Source of the DNA: an uncultured Gammaproteobacteria bacterium
GTDB lineage: Bacteria; Pseudomonadota; Gammaproteobacteria; Steroidobacterales; GCA-2729495
Direction of reading: 5' to 3'
DNA: 64,000 bases
Assembly: GCA_937921935.1 (NCBI GenBank)
Contig: CAKZWQ010000029.1
Coordinates: 9,838-73,837 of the forward strand
Part shown: piece after piece, positions 38,880 to 47,958 of the stretch
How positions within the stretch are numbered: position 1 is the stretch's first letter
Layout of the letters: the number at the start of each line of letters is the position of its first letter
Position numbers and translations under genes: made by a program
Notes under the pieces: generated by a model
Told to the model about the DNA's origin: nothing
Seen by the model: only the letters and a program-made list of their open reading frames with translations
Databases searched by the model: none

Positions 38880-39887
38880 ATGAGTTCTTCACCGCTGCCA
38901 CAGGCCGGCACTATTCGCACTGACTGGACACGCGCGGAGGTCGACGCATTATTCGCACTGCCCTTTAGCGAGTTGCTGTTCCAGGCGCAGCTGGCCCATC
39001 GGGCGCATTTCAATCCTGCCGAGATCCAGATCAGCACGCTAATGAGCGTGAAAACCGGCGCCTGCCCTGAAGATTGCTCTTATTGTCCGCAGAGTTCCCA
39101 CTACGACACGGGCGTAGAGGCTGAACACATGGCGCCCCTGGAAGCCGTTGTGGAAGCTGCCCGCAATGCCAAAGCCAATGGCGCGACCCGGTTCTGCATG
39201 GGCGCTGCCTGGCGCAGCCCCAAGCCCAGGCAGCTCACGCGCATCGCGCAGATGGTGCGGGCAGTGGCGGACGAAGGGCTGGAAACCTGCGCAACCCTGG
39301 GCATGCTCGACCGGGAACAGGCCGAGGAACTGCGCGAGGCCGGGCTGGACTACTACAACCACAATCTCGATACCTCCGCGGAGCACTACCCGGAGATCAT
39401 CAGCACCCGCACCTATGACGACCGGCTCAATACCCTGACGGCCGTCCGGGACGCCGGCCTGAAGGTTTGTTGCGGCGGCATTCTCGGTATGGGAGAAGCC
39501 CGCGCCGACTGGGCCGCCATGTTGCATACCCTGGCGACCCTGCCGGCCCATCCGGGCAGTGTGCCCATCAACCAGCTGGTGAAAGTGCCTGGCACGCCTC
39601 TGGCAGACGCGGCTGATGTGGACCCCCTGGACTTCGTGCGGGTAATCGCCGTGGCCAGAATGCTGATGCCGGCGGCCCACGTTCGACTGTCTGCGGGCCG
39701 CACCCAAATGAGTGACGAACTCCAGGCCTTGTGCTTTTTGGCCGGCGCCAACTCCATTTTTTATGGCGAACAACTGCTGACCACGCCCAATCCGGACAGC
39801 AACGACGATATGGCTCTGCTCAATCGACTGGGCATGCGCCCGGAGGCGGCACCGGCGGAGCTGGCGCGGAGTCAGACCGCCGGCTAG
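38880..39887 (+). CDS. bioB: Biotin synthase
   Basis: Radical-SAM '[11 protein letters not shown]', 'YNHNLDTS', '[10 protein letters not shown]' motifs. Confidence 0.96.
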   Translation: MSSSPLPQAGTIRTDWTRAEVDALFALPFSELLFQAQLAHRAHFNPAEIQISTLMSVKTGACPEDCSYCPQSSHYDTGVEAEHMAPLEAVVEAARNAKANGATRFCMGAAWRSPKPRQLTRIAQMVRAVADEGLETCATLGMLDREQAEELREAGLDYYNHNLDTSAEHYPEIISTRTYDDRLNTLTAVRDAGLKVCCGGILGMGEARADWAAMLHTLATLPAHPGSVPINQLVKVPGTPLADAADVDPLDFVRVIAVARMLMPAAHVRLSAGRTQMSDELQALCFLAGANSIFYGEQLLTTPNPDSNDDMALLNRLGMRPEAAPAELARSQTAG

Positions 39888-39894
39888 AAACAGC

Positions 39895-40758
39895 GTGCCC
39901 GAATTTTCGCAACGTCGACTGCGCCAGGCCCATCGCCGGGCGGCGGTGAGCCGCGTCCGGGCAGATTTCATGCACCGACAACTGCGCGAGGAACTCCTGG
40001 CGCGATTGGACTATGTGGCTATCAAACCGGCGTTGATTCTCGACCTGGGAGCCGGCGGCGGTGAGGCCTGTCCGGCCCTGGCCCAACGCTATCCCGACGC
40101 CCGCCTGCTGGCTGTAGACCATGCGCCGAGCGCCTGGCATGACGATGCGCCGGCCAGCCTGTTGCGTGCCGATGCCCAGCAACTGCCCCTGCCCGACAAC
40201 AGCGTGGACCTGGTGTTCTGCAATCTGTTGCTGGCCTACTGCCGCAACCCGGTACCTGTACTAACGGAGGTCAACCGGGTCCTGCGCAAACCGGGCCTGT
40301 TCCTGTTCAGCACCCTGGGTCCGGATTCCTTCAACCAGTGGCGACAGGCCTGGGCGACGGTGGACGCCCATACCCATGTGGTGCCGTTTCCGGACATGCA
40401 TGATCTGGGTGATCTGGTCGTCCGCGCGGGACTGGCCGAACCGGTTCTGGATCGCGACAGCTTCACCGTCACCTATACGCGGCCCGAGGACTTCGTGGCC
40501 GATCTGCGTGCCGTGGGTTCGGTTAACTGGAGCAAAACCCGCCAGCCCGGCCTGACCGGGCGGGGCACCCGGGACCGCCTGCTGGCAGCCGTGGCCGCCC
40601 AGCGCGAAGCTGACAGCCCCTGGCCGGTCAGCCTGGAGGTGATCTGGGGGCAGGCCTGGGCCGGGGGCGCCAAAGCTTCCGCCGGAGCTACGGATACAGA
40701 AATTCCGCTGACGGCAATCCGGCCTCGCCGACCGGCCGAAGGCTTCGACCCAAGCTGA
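39895..40758 (+). CDS. bioC: Malonyl-ACP O-methyltransferase BioC-like SAM methyltransferase
   Basis: SAM motif 'ILDLGAGGG', 'DAQQLPLPDNSVDLVF', 'LRKPGLFLFSTLG'. Lies directly after bioB. GTG start. Confidence 0.75.
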   Translation: MPEFSQRRLRQAHRRAAVSRVRADFMHRQLREELLARLDYVAIKPALILDLGAGGGEACPALAQRYPDARLLAVDHAPSAWHDDAPASLLRADAQQLPLPDNSVDLVFCNLLLAYCRNPVPVLTEVNRVLRKPGLFLFSTLGPDSFNQWRQAWATVDAHTHVVPFPDMHDLGDLVVRAGLAEPVLDRDSFTVTYTRPEDFVADLRAVGSVNWSKTRQPGLTGRGTRDRLLAAVAAQREADSPWPVSLEVIWGQAWAGGAKASAGATDTEIPLTAIRPRRPAEGFDPS

Positions 40759-40892
40759 TGTTTTAAAACAAGAAAGAGATTCGTATCCGGGCTTTCCAAC
40801 ATTGCGCCGCCGGGGGCCATCCAGTAACATTCCGCCGCTCTAAAAAGGGAGGCAAACAGGGGACCCGAGGGAAGCGATGGAGAAGCGCAAAA

Positions 40893-41363
40893 GTGCATCT
40901 TTTTGAGCTAAGCCCGAATTGTTCACTGACCCCCCGCGCGGCCCTGATCTTTTATTTCGGGATTGTGGCTGTGTCCCTGACCGTCGCCGTCAGTTTCGCC
41001 ATCGTCGGGTACTGGCCAATCCTGCCCATTGCAGGACTGGAGTTGCTCGCGCTGGGCGCGGCTCTGCGCTGGAGCATGCTGCAAGGGCAGCGACGTGAGC
41101 GGATACGGATAGACGAGCACTATGTGCGAGTCAGTAAGACAGGACGAGGTGATGCACGCGAGTACGAGTTCTCGCGTGTCTGGACGCGGGTAAAACTGGT
41201 TAAAGCGAACCAGTCGACGTGGCCGCACCGGCTGCTGCTGACCTCCAAGGGAAAGGCCGTGGAAGTGGGTCGGTTCCTGACCGAGGATGAGCGCGAAAGT
41301 TTGGGCCGACGACTGACGGAAGTCATACCGGGCAGTTCGGCAAGGCTAGCAAAAGATTTTTGA
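40893..41363 (+). CDS. DUF2244-like two-TM membrane protein associated with cytochrome oxidase clusters
   Basis: Two N-terminal TM helices plus a soluble tail. Position immediately upstream of coxB. GTG start. Confidence 0.6.
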   Translation: MHLFELSPNCSLTPRAALIFYFGIVAVSLTVAVSFAIVGYWPILPIAGLELLALGAALRWSMLQGQRRERIRIDEHYVRVSKTGRGDAREYEFSRVWTRVKLVKANQSTWPHRLLLTSKGKAVEVGRFLTEDERESLGRRLTEVIPGSSARLAKDF

Positions 41364-41370
41364 TTGGAGC

Positions 41371-42213
41371 ATGGGCAGAACAGTGGGAAATAACAGATTC
41401 ACAAAATGCCTCGCAGTGCTGATTACCAGCCTGCTGGGAGGCGGGGCCGCCCAGGCGGCATGGGAATTGAACATGCCCGTGGGTGCAACGGATGTCAGCG
41501 CTAAGGTATTCGACCTGCACATGCTGATCTTATGGGTTTGCGTGGCAATTGGGGTGCTGGTCTTCGCCGCCATGATTTATTGCATCGTGGTGTTTCGGAA
41601 GAGCAAGGGCGCAGTAGCCGACACCAGTATCGCCCACAGCAACACAGCCGAATTCATCTGGACGGTCATTCCCGTACTCATTCTGATCGCCATGGCCGTG
41701 CCGGCAGCTCAGACCCTGGTTGAGATTGAAGTCGTCCGGGATACGGAAATGACCATCAAGATCACCGGCTACCAGTGGAAGTGGGAGTATGAATACGTCG
41801 GCGAAGACGTGAGCTTCTACAGCAGCCTGGCCAGCGAGAGTAACGCCGCCCGTCAGCTCAACACGGATATTGACCCCTTTGAGGTTGAGAACTATCTGCT
41901 GGACGTAGATAAGCCGCTGGTCGTGCCAGCCGGTACCAGAATTCGCTACCTCATTACTTCCAATGACGTACTGCATGCCTGGTGGATGCCCGACTTTGCC
42001 GTCAAGAAAGACGCCATCCCCGGCTTCATCAACGAAGGTTGGTTTGAAGTGAATGAACCGGGCATTTATCGCGGCCAGTGTGCCGAGCTGTGCGGTAAAG
42101 ACCACGGTTTCATGCCGGTGGTGGTGGAAGTGCTGCCTAAAGAAGAGTTTGACGTCTGGCTGGCTGAAAAGAAGGGCGGCGTTGCCCGGGCCGCCGCTAC
42201 AGCGAATCAGTAA
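41371..42213 (+). CDS. coxB: Cytochrome c oxidase subunit II
   Basis: CuA site 'HAWWMPDF...CAELCGKDHGFM'. Confidence 0.95.
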   Translation: MGRTVGNNRFTKCLAVLITSLLGGGAAQAAWELNMPVGATDVSAKVFDLHMLILWVCVAIGVLVFAAMIYCIVVFRKSKGAVADTSIAHSNTAEFIWTVIPVLILIAMAVPAAQTLVEIEVVRDTEMTIKITGYQWKWEYEYVGEDVSFYSSLASESNAARQLNTDIDPFEVENYLLDVDKPLVVPAGTRIRYLITSNDVLHAWWMPDFAVKKDAIPGFINEGWFEVNEPGIYRGQCAELCGKDHGFMPVVVEVLPKEEFDVWLAEKKGGVARAAATANQ

Positions 42214-42272
42214 GTCATAGTTATTAAGAGAACCAGAGCCCGGCAGGAAAGCCGGTGCGGAGCAGTAATTAC

Positions 42273-43853
42273 ATGAGTGCGACCACAACCCACGACGAGC
42301 ACCACGATGACCACGGCCCCGACAAGGGCATCATGCGGTGGATCACGACCACGAATCACAAAGACATCGGTACCCTGTACCTGTTCTTTGCTCTGGCGAT
42401 GCTGTTCGTCGGCGGCGCCATGAGCCTGGTGATCCGGGCAGAGCTGTTTCAGCCTGGCCTGCAGTTCGTCAACCCGGACTTTTTTAATCAGATGACCACG
42501 ATGCATGCTTTGATCATGGTCTTCGGCATGATCATGCCGGCCTTCGTGGGCTTTGCTAACTGGATGGTGCCCATGATGATCGGCGCACCGGACATGGCGT
42601 TGCCACGGCTGAATAACTGGTCGTTCTGGATCCTGCCGTTCGCCGGCACCATGCTGCTCTCCACTCTCTTCATGGACGGCGGTGGCCCTGCTTCAGGCTG
42701 GACCCTCTACCCGCCGCTGGTTCTGCAGACAGGTGACGCCTTGCCCTTCGCCATCTTTGCGGTGCACTTGCTGGGTGTGTCTTCGATCATGGGCGCGATC
42801 AACATCATCGTGACCATCATGAACATGCGGGCTCCGGGCATGACCCTGATGAAAATGCCGCTGTTTGTCTGGACCTGGCTGATCACGGCCTACCTGCTGA
42901 TTGCCGTGATGCCCGTCCTCGCCGGGGGCGTCACCATGCTGCTGACGGACGCCTTCTTCGGCACCAGCTTCTTCCAGGCTGCTGGCGGCGGCGACCCGGT
43001 GCTTTTCCAGCACATTTTCTGGTTCTTCGGTCACCCCGAGGTTTACATCATCATCCTGCCGGCCTTCGGCATCATCTCGCAGATCATCCCGACCTTCTCG
43101 CGCAAGCCGCTGTTCGGTAATGATTCGATGATTTATGCGACGGCCAGTATCGCCTTCCTGTCCTTCATCGTCTGGGCCCATCATATGTTCACGGTGGGCA
43201 TGCCCCTGGCCGGCCAGCTGTTCTTCATGCTGTCCACCATGCTCATCGCCGTGCCGACGGGCGTGAAGGTTTTTAACTGGACCAGCACCATGTGGAAAGG
43301 CTCCCTGAGCTTTGAAACCCCCATGCTGTTTGCACTGGCCTTCCTGTTCCTGTTTACCATTGGTGGCTTCTCAGGACTGATGCTGGCGATCGTGCCGGCA
43401 GACTTCCAGTACCACGATTCCTACTTCGTGGTGGCTCACTTCCACTACGTACTCGTGCCGGGTGCGCTGTTTGGCGCCATCGCGGGAGCCTACTTCTGGA
43501 TGCCCAAGTGGACGGGGCACATGTACAACGAAACCCTGGGCAAGGTGCACTTCTGGCTGTCCGCGATTTTCGTCAACGTGCTGTTCTTTCCCCAGCATTT
43601 CCTCGGTCTGGCCGGCATGCCGCGGCGTATTCCGGACTATGCGACCCAGTTTGCCGATTTCAACGCCATCTCTACCATCGGCGCCTTTGGCTTCGGCTTC
43701 ACCCAGCTGCTGTTTGTCTACATCGTGATCAAGTGCGTGCGCGGCGGCGAGAAAGCCACGGCTCAGGTCTGGGACGGGGCAGAGGGGCTGGAGTGGACGG
43801 TGCCGTCGCCGGCGCCCTATCACACCTTCGAAGACGCCCCCGAGGTTCGCTGA
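42273..43853 (+). CDS. coxA: Cytochrome c oxidase subunit I
   Basis: 'NHKDIGTLY', 'WFFGHPEVY', 'WAHHMF' motifs. ATG at 42273; the longest ORF begins at GTG 42255. Confidence 0.96.
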   Translation: MSATTTHDEHHDDHGPDKGIMRWITTTNHKDIGTLYLFFALAMLFVGGAMSLVIRAELFQPGLQFVNPDFFNQMTTMHALIMVFGMIMPAFVGFANWMVPMMIGAPDMALPRLNNWSFWILPFAGTMLLSTLFMDGGGPASGWTLYPPLVLQTGDALPFAIFAVHLLGVSSIMGAINIIVTIMNMRAPGMTLMKMPLFVWTWLITAYLLIAVMPVLAGGVTMLLTDAFFGTSFFQAAGGGDPVLFQHIFWFFGHPEVYIIILPAFGIISQIIPTFSRKPLFGNDSMIYATASIAFLSFIVWAHHMFTVGMPLAGQLFFMLSTMLIAVPTGVKVFNWTSTMWKGSLSFETPMLFALAFLFLFTIGGFSGLMLAIVPADFQYHDSYFVVAHFHYVLVPGALFGAIAGAYFWMPKWTGHMYNETLGKVHFWLSAIFVNVLFFPQHFLGLAGMPRRIPDYATQFADFNAISTIGAFGFGFTQLLFVYIVIKCVRGGEKATAQVWDGAEGLEWTVPSPAPYHTFEDAPEVR

Positions 43854-43863
43854 GGCGAAGCTG

Positions 43864-43986
43864 ATGTCGACCATGGCCAATGAAACCGAGCGCCGGCAGC
43901 GAATCCGACGCACTGCCGTTGTCCTGGGCCTGGTTGCCCTGGCTTTCTATGCCGGCTTCATCGCCATGGGTGTGCTGAACTCATGA
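43864..43986 (+). CDS. Small (40 aa) single-TM protein between coxA and ctaG, likely a cytochrome oxidase small assembly protein
   Basis: Hand-translated: MSTMANETERRQRIRRTAVVLGLVALAFYAGFIAMGVLNS. Below the ORF-track length cut-off. Its stop overlaps the ctaG start (ATGA). Confidence 0.6.
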   Translation: MSTMANETERRQRIRRTAVVLGLVALAFYAGFIAMGVLNS

Positions 43987-44516
43987 ACGACAGCCACACT
44001 ACCCTGGCAGGAAAACTGGTGGTGCTCGCCGTCGCCATGTTCGGCTTCGGCTTTCTGCTGGTGCCTTTGTACGACATCTTCTGCCAGGTCGTGGGCATTG
44101 GTAGCCGCACCGGGACGCCAACCGCAGCAGTCGTCAGCGAAGAAGGGCCCGACACGGATCGCCGGGTCATCGTGGAGTTCATCGCCAACCGAAACCAGCA
44201 GGCACCGTGGGAATTTCGCCCGGCTGTGACCAGCATGGAAGTCATGCCTGGCAAGCTCTATGACACCTCTTATTTCGCCCGCAACCTGACCAAGCGGGAA
44301 CTGGTTGGTCAGGCGGTGCCGAGCGTGGCGCCGGGGCAGGCCAACAAGTATTTCAAGAAGACGGAATGCTTCTGCTTTACTTCCCAGGAATTTGCCCCGG
44401 AAGAAGGCCGTGACATGGGTCTGACCTTCATGATTGATCCAGACCTGCCACGACACATTGAACGTGTCACTTTGGCCTATACTTTTTTCATTAACCAGCA
44501 AGTTGCCGCAAACTAA
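43983..44516 (+). CDS. ctaG: Cytochrome c oxidase assembly protein CtaG/Cox11
   Basis: 'ECFCFTSQ' copper motif and an N-terminal TM anchor. Confidence 0.92.
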   Translation: MNDSHTTLAGKLVVLAVAMFGFGFLLVPLYDIFCQVVGIGSRTGTPTAAVVSEEGPDTDRRVIVEFIANRNQQAPWEFRPAVTSMEVMPGKLYDTSYFARNLTKRELVGQAVPSVAPGQANKYFKKTECFCFTSQEFAPEEGRDMGLTFMIDPDLPRHIERVTLAYTFFINQQVAAN

Positions 44517-44548
44517 GCGGCGGCCTTCGTCAACAGGAACTTCAAGCA

Positions 44549-45412
44549 ATGGCACACGCCCAGGACAAGTACTACATCCCCCACGGCACCAAATGGCCGA
44601 TCCTGATGTCAGTGGGCTTGTTTACCTTCTTCCTCGGTGTCTCCAGCGGACTGAATGGTGGCAGCTTCACAGTACCCGTGGTTATGGGCCTGGGACTGGT
44701 CCTGACCATTATTTTCCTCTGGTTCGGCGAAGTCATCGGCGAAAGCGAGCAGGGCACCTATAACGACCAGGTAGATTCGTCCTTCCGCATCGGCATGATG
44801 TGGTTCATCTTTTCCGAAGTGATGTTCTTTGCCGTATTTTTCGGCGCCCTGTTTTACGCGCGTCAGCTGGCGCTGCCGTGGCTCGGCGGTGAAGGCAATA
44901 ATTTCTTTACTAACCTGTTTATCTGGCAGGGTTTCGAGAACGCCTGGCCGTCAAACGGCCCCGCCGATGTGGGCGGGGACTTCGAGACCATGGGCCCCTG
45001 GGGCGTCCCCGCGATTAATACCGCCTTGCTGCTGACCAGCGGCGTGACCATTACCGTCGCGCATCATGCGCTGAAAGAAAATAACCGCCGCATTCTGGGC
45101 ATCTTTCTGGCCATGACTTTCCTGCTCGGCTTTATCTTCATGGGCTTTCAGGCCTATGAGTACATTCATGCCTACCAGGATCTGAATCTGAAGATGACCA
45201 CCGGGATCTACGGTTCAACCTTCTTCATGCTGACAGGCTTCCATGGCATGCACGTGACTATCGGCGCCATCATGCTGCTGGTGATCTGGTTACGCTGCCT
45301 GCGCGGTCACTTCACGCCGAAGCACCATTTCGCCTTTGAGGCGGTCGCCTGGTACTGGCACTTCGTGGACGTGGTCTGGCTGGGCCTGTTTATCTTTATT
45401 TACTGGGTCTAG
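44549..45412 (+). CDS. coxC: Cytochrome c oxidase subunit III
   Basis: 'TGFHGMHVTIG', 'WYWHFVDVVW' motifs. Confidence 0.95.
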   Translation: MAHAQDKYYIPHGTKWPILMSVGLFTFFLGVSSGLNGGSFTVPVVMGLGLVLTIIFLWFGEVIGESEQGTYNDQVDSSFRIGMMWFIFSEVMFFAVFFGALFYARQLALPWLGGEGNNFFTNLFIWQGFENAWPSNGPADVGGDFETMGPWGVPAINTALLLTSGVTITVAHHALKENNRRILGIFLAMTFLLGFIFMGFQAYEYIHAYQDLNLKMTTGIYGSTFFMLTGFHGMHVTIGAIMLLVIWLRCLRGHFTPKHHFAFEAVAWYWHFVDVVWLGLFIFIYWV

Positions 45413-45427
45413 GACCCGAGGGCCCGA

Positions 45428-45631
45428 TCAGCCGATACTGCCCCGGGGCTGAATCAGGCCCGTCGCCCAGGCGACGAGAAGGAACAAAAACAGGGCGACA
45501 GACAGGGTGATGCGCACGGTGAGGGCCTTCACCATGCGCTTGTTGTCGCCGTCATCCTTAACCAGGAAGAACAGGCCCGAACCCAGGCTCGCGACAATTC
45601 CGAGCAGCAACAAAATGACGATGAATTTCAT
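45428..45631 (-). CDS. Twin-transmembrane-helix small protein (DUF2909/HIG1-like)
   Basis: 67 aa with two TM helices. Typical companion of aa3 oxidase clusters. Confidence 0.7.
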   Translation of the reverse strand: MKFIVILLLLGIVASLGSGLFFLVKDDGDNKRMVKALTVRITLSVALFLFLLVAWATGLIQPRGSIG

Positions 45632-45655
45632 CTACGGCATACCGACAGGGCATTA

Positions 45656-46384
45656 GTGTTATCCAGATTAACATTCCGGCCACCTCTGTGGGCGACCCTG
45701 CTGTTCCTGGCGTGCTTCGCATTGTTCATGCGGGCGGGTTTCTGGCAGCTGGACCGCAAGCTGGAAAAGGAAGCGCTGTTCGACAGCTTCGAGACAGGCG
45801 AGGAAGCAAATACGCTGACAAGCCTGGTCAGCCCAACGCTGATCACTGAGCTGCGGTTCCGGCCCATTGAATTGCAGGGCAGTTTCGACCCGGCACACCA
45901 GGTGCTGCTGGACAATATTGCGCGCAATGGCGTGGTCGGCTACGAGATACTCACGCCCCTGCGCGTGGGATCCAACACGGTACTGGTCAATCGCGGCTGG
46001 ATGGCTGCCTCGCCCTTTCGCAACGAGTTGCCGGAGATAGATGTCGCCGCCGCACCCCGATCGCTGCGCGGACGCCTGTCGCCGCTGCCCCGGCTGGGTC
46101 TGCAGCTGGAAGGACGGACGGTACCGGCCGATTCCCCCTGGCCACGCAGACTTCACTATCCAAGCGCCGCCGAACTGTCCGAGCAGCTGGGCTATACAGT
46201 GCTTGACTACCAGGTGTTGCTCGATTCCGATGAGCCGGACGGGTACCTGCGCGACTGGCGACCACGAATCTCCGGTCCGGAAACAAACTTAGGCTATGCG
46301 GTTCAGTGGTTCGCCTTTGCGATCGCTGTAACCGTGATTTTTTTGGTCATGAACCTGAAACGATCAGATAAACAGAATGAATGA
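45656..46384 (+). CDS. SURF1-family cytochrome oxidase assembly protein
   Basis: 'GYEILTPL', 'VLVNRGW', C-terminal TM 'YAVQWFAFA' motifs. Confidence 0.9.
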   Translation: MLSRLTFRPPLWATLLFLACFALFMRAGFWQLDRKLEKEALFDSFETGEEANTLTSLVSPTLITELRFRPIELQGSFDPAHQVLLDNIARNGVVGYEILTPLRVGSNTVLVNRGWMAASPFRNELPEIDVAAAPRSLRGRLSPLPRLGLQLEGRTVPADSPWPRRLHYPSAAELSEQLGYTVLDYQVLLDSDEPDGYLRDWRPRISGPETNLGYAVQWFAFAIAVTVIFLVMNLKRSDKQNE

Positions 46385-46946
46385 TGCGCAACGCAAGGGC
46401 AGGCTGCAGCTGATTGCCGTGGCGGCCATTTTTTTCGGCCCGGTCATCGTGGCCTTCGGTCTTTACTACGGCGGTATCTGGAAACCCGAAGGCCAGGCCG
46501 TCAACGGTGCGCTGATTGAACCACCGGTGGCCTTGACGGCCTTTGACCTCACGGCCGAGGGTGGCGTGCGGCTGGAGGAAATCTGGTCGCTGGTGATGAT
46601 CGCCCCGGGCGATTGCCCGGATCTTTGTCAGCAGGCCCTGTATGAAACCCGTCAGTTGCGCCGGGCCCTGGGCAAGGACAGCGACCGCGTGCAGCGGGTC
46701 TGGCTTTATGCTGACGGTCAGCCGGACGCAGAGTTCATTGCCACTCAGCACCCCGGCCTGAAGACCGTAAACGGCAGTTCAGAACCCGGGTTGGGGCTGC
46801 TGCAAAAAATCGACAGCCGGGAATCAGTCAGCCTATTCTTGGTGGACCCGAAGGGAAATCTGATGATGCAGTTCCCCGCGGGCCTGAGCATGCGCGGCAT
46901 TCATACGGACCTGAAGCGATTGCTGAAGGTCTCCAGGATCGGTTGA
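46377..46946 (+). CDS. SCO1/SenC-like thioredoxin-fold membrane-anchored protein
   Basis: N-terminal TM. 'GDCPDLC' resembles the SCO CPDxC copper motif. 'FLVDPKGNLM' resembles the SCO C-terminal strand. Confidence 0.6.
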   Translation: MNDAQRKGRLQLIAVAAIFFGPVIVAFGLYYGGIWKPEGQAVNGALIEPPVALTAFDLTAEGGVRLEEIWSLVMIAPGDCPDLCQQALYETRQLRRALGKDSDRVQRVWLYADGQPDAEFIATQHPGLKTVNGSSEPGLGLLQKIDSRESVSLFLVDPKGNLMMQFPAGLSMRGIHTDLKRLLKVSRIG

Positions 46947-47947
46947 TGTACAACTGGTATATCCGACTCTGTTACACAGCCTGTGTTATCGCCCTGTGCG
47001 TGGTGGTACTGGGTGCCTGGGTGCGGCTGTCGGATGCCGGGCTGGGTTGTCCGGACTGGCCCGGCTGCTACGGGGAACTGGTGCTGCCCAACGACCCGGC
47101 CCTGCGTGAAGAACTCCAGCAGGCTTTCCCGGAACGCGCGCTGGATGCCAGCAAGGCCTGGCGCGAAATGATTCATCGTTATCTGGCCACCACCCTGGGC
47201 ATGCTCATCACCGGCATCGCCCTGCTCGGCTGGCTGAACCGGCGCGATCCCCAGCAGCCCGTTGGCCTGCCGGTGGCCCTGCTGGCGCTGGTGATCTTCC
47301 AGGGCCTGCTGGGCATGTGGACCGTGACCCTGCTGCTCAAGCCCCTGATTGTGATGGCCCACCTGCTGGGTGGGCTTGCCACCACCGCTTTGCTCTTCTG
47401 GCTGATCCTTGATCACCGACGACGCGCGGGTGGCGGGATCACGCCGCGGGCTGTGCCCGCTGCCGTCGCAGGCCTGGTAATTCTGATTATGCAGATTGCC
47501 CTGGGCGGCTGGACCAGCTCCAACTATGCCGCCCTGGCCTGCCCCGATCTGCCCACCTGCGCCGGCCAATGGTGGCCCAGCGAGGCGGATTTCTCCGAGG
47601 GCTTCGTCATGTGGCGCGGGCTCGGCGTGGATTACGAATTCGGTGTCCTGGACGCACCGGCCCGTATCGCTATTCACTACACCCATCGACTGGGCGCGGG
47701 TATCACCTTTCTGTTTTTGGGTTTTCTGGCCTGGCGTTATTGGCGCAGCGGCAGCGGCCCCCTGCAACAGGCCGGCCTGCTCGTTGCCCTGGCGCTGACT
47801 GTCCAGGTGCTGCTCGGCATGAGTATTGTCTGGTTCGGGCTGCCCCTTAGCCTGGCTACCGCCCACAACGGCGTGGCGGCCCTGCTGTTACTCACCATGC
47901 TCAATCTGAATCACGCGGCTGCCCGCTACCGACATCAATCGGTCTGA
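46943..47947 (+). CDS. ctaA: Heme A synthase (COX15/CtaA)
   Basis: 'RLSDAGLGCPDWPGCYG', conserved His in TM helices ('HRYLA', 'AHLLGG', 'IHYTHR', 'AHNG'). Confidence 0.9.
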   Translation: MMYNWYIRLCYTACVIALCVVVLGAWVRLSDAGLGCPDWPGCYGELVLPNDPALREELQQAFPERALDASKAWREMIHRYLATTLGMLITGIALLGWLNRRDPQQPVGLPVALLALVIFQGLLGMWTVTLLLKPLIVMAHLLGGLATTALLFWLILDHRRRAGGGITPRAVPAAVAGLVILIMQIALGGWTSSNYAALACPDLPTCAGQWWPSEADFSEGFVMWRGLGVDYEFGVLDAPARIAIHYTHRLGAGITFLFLGFLAWRYWRSGSGPLQQAGLLVALALTVQVLLGMSIVWFGLPLSLATAHNGVAALLLLTMLNLNHAAARYRHQSV

Positions 47948-47958
47948 AGCGGCCCGCC

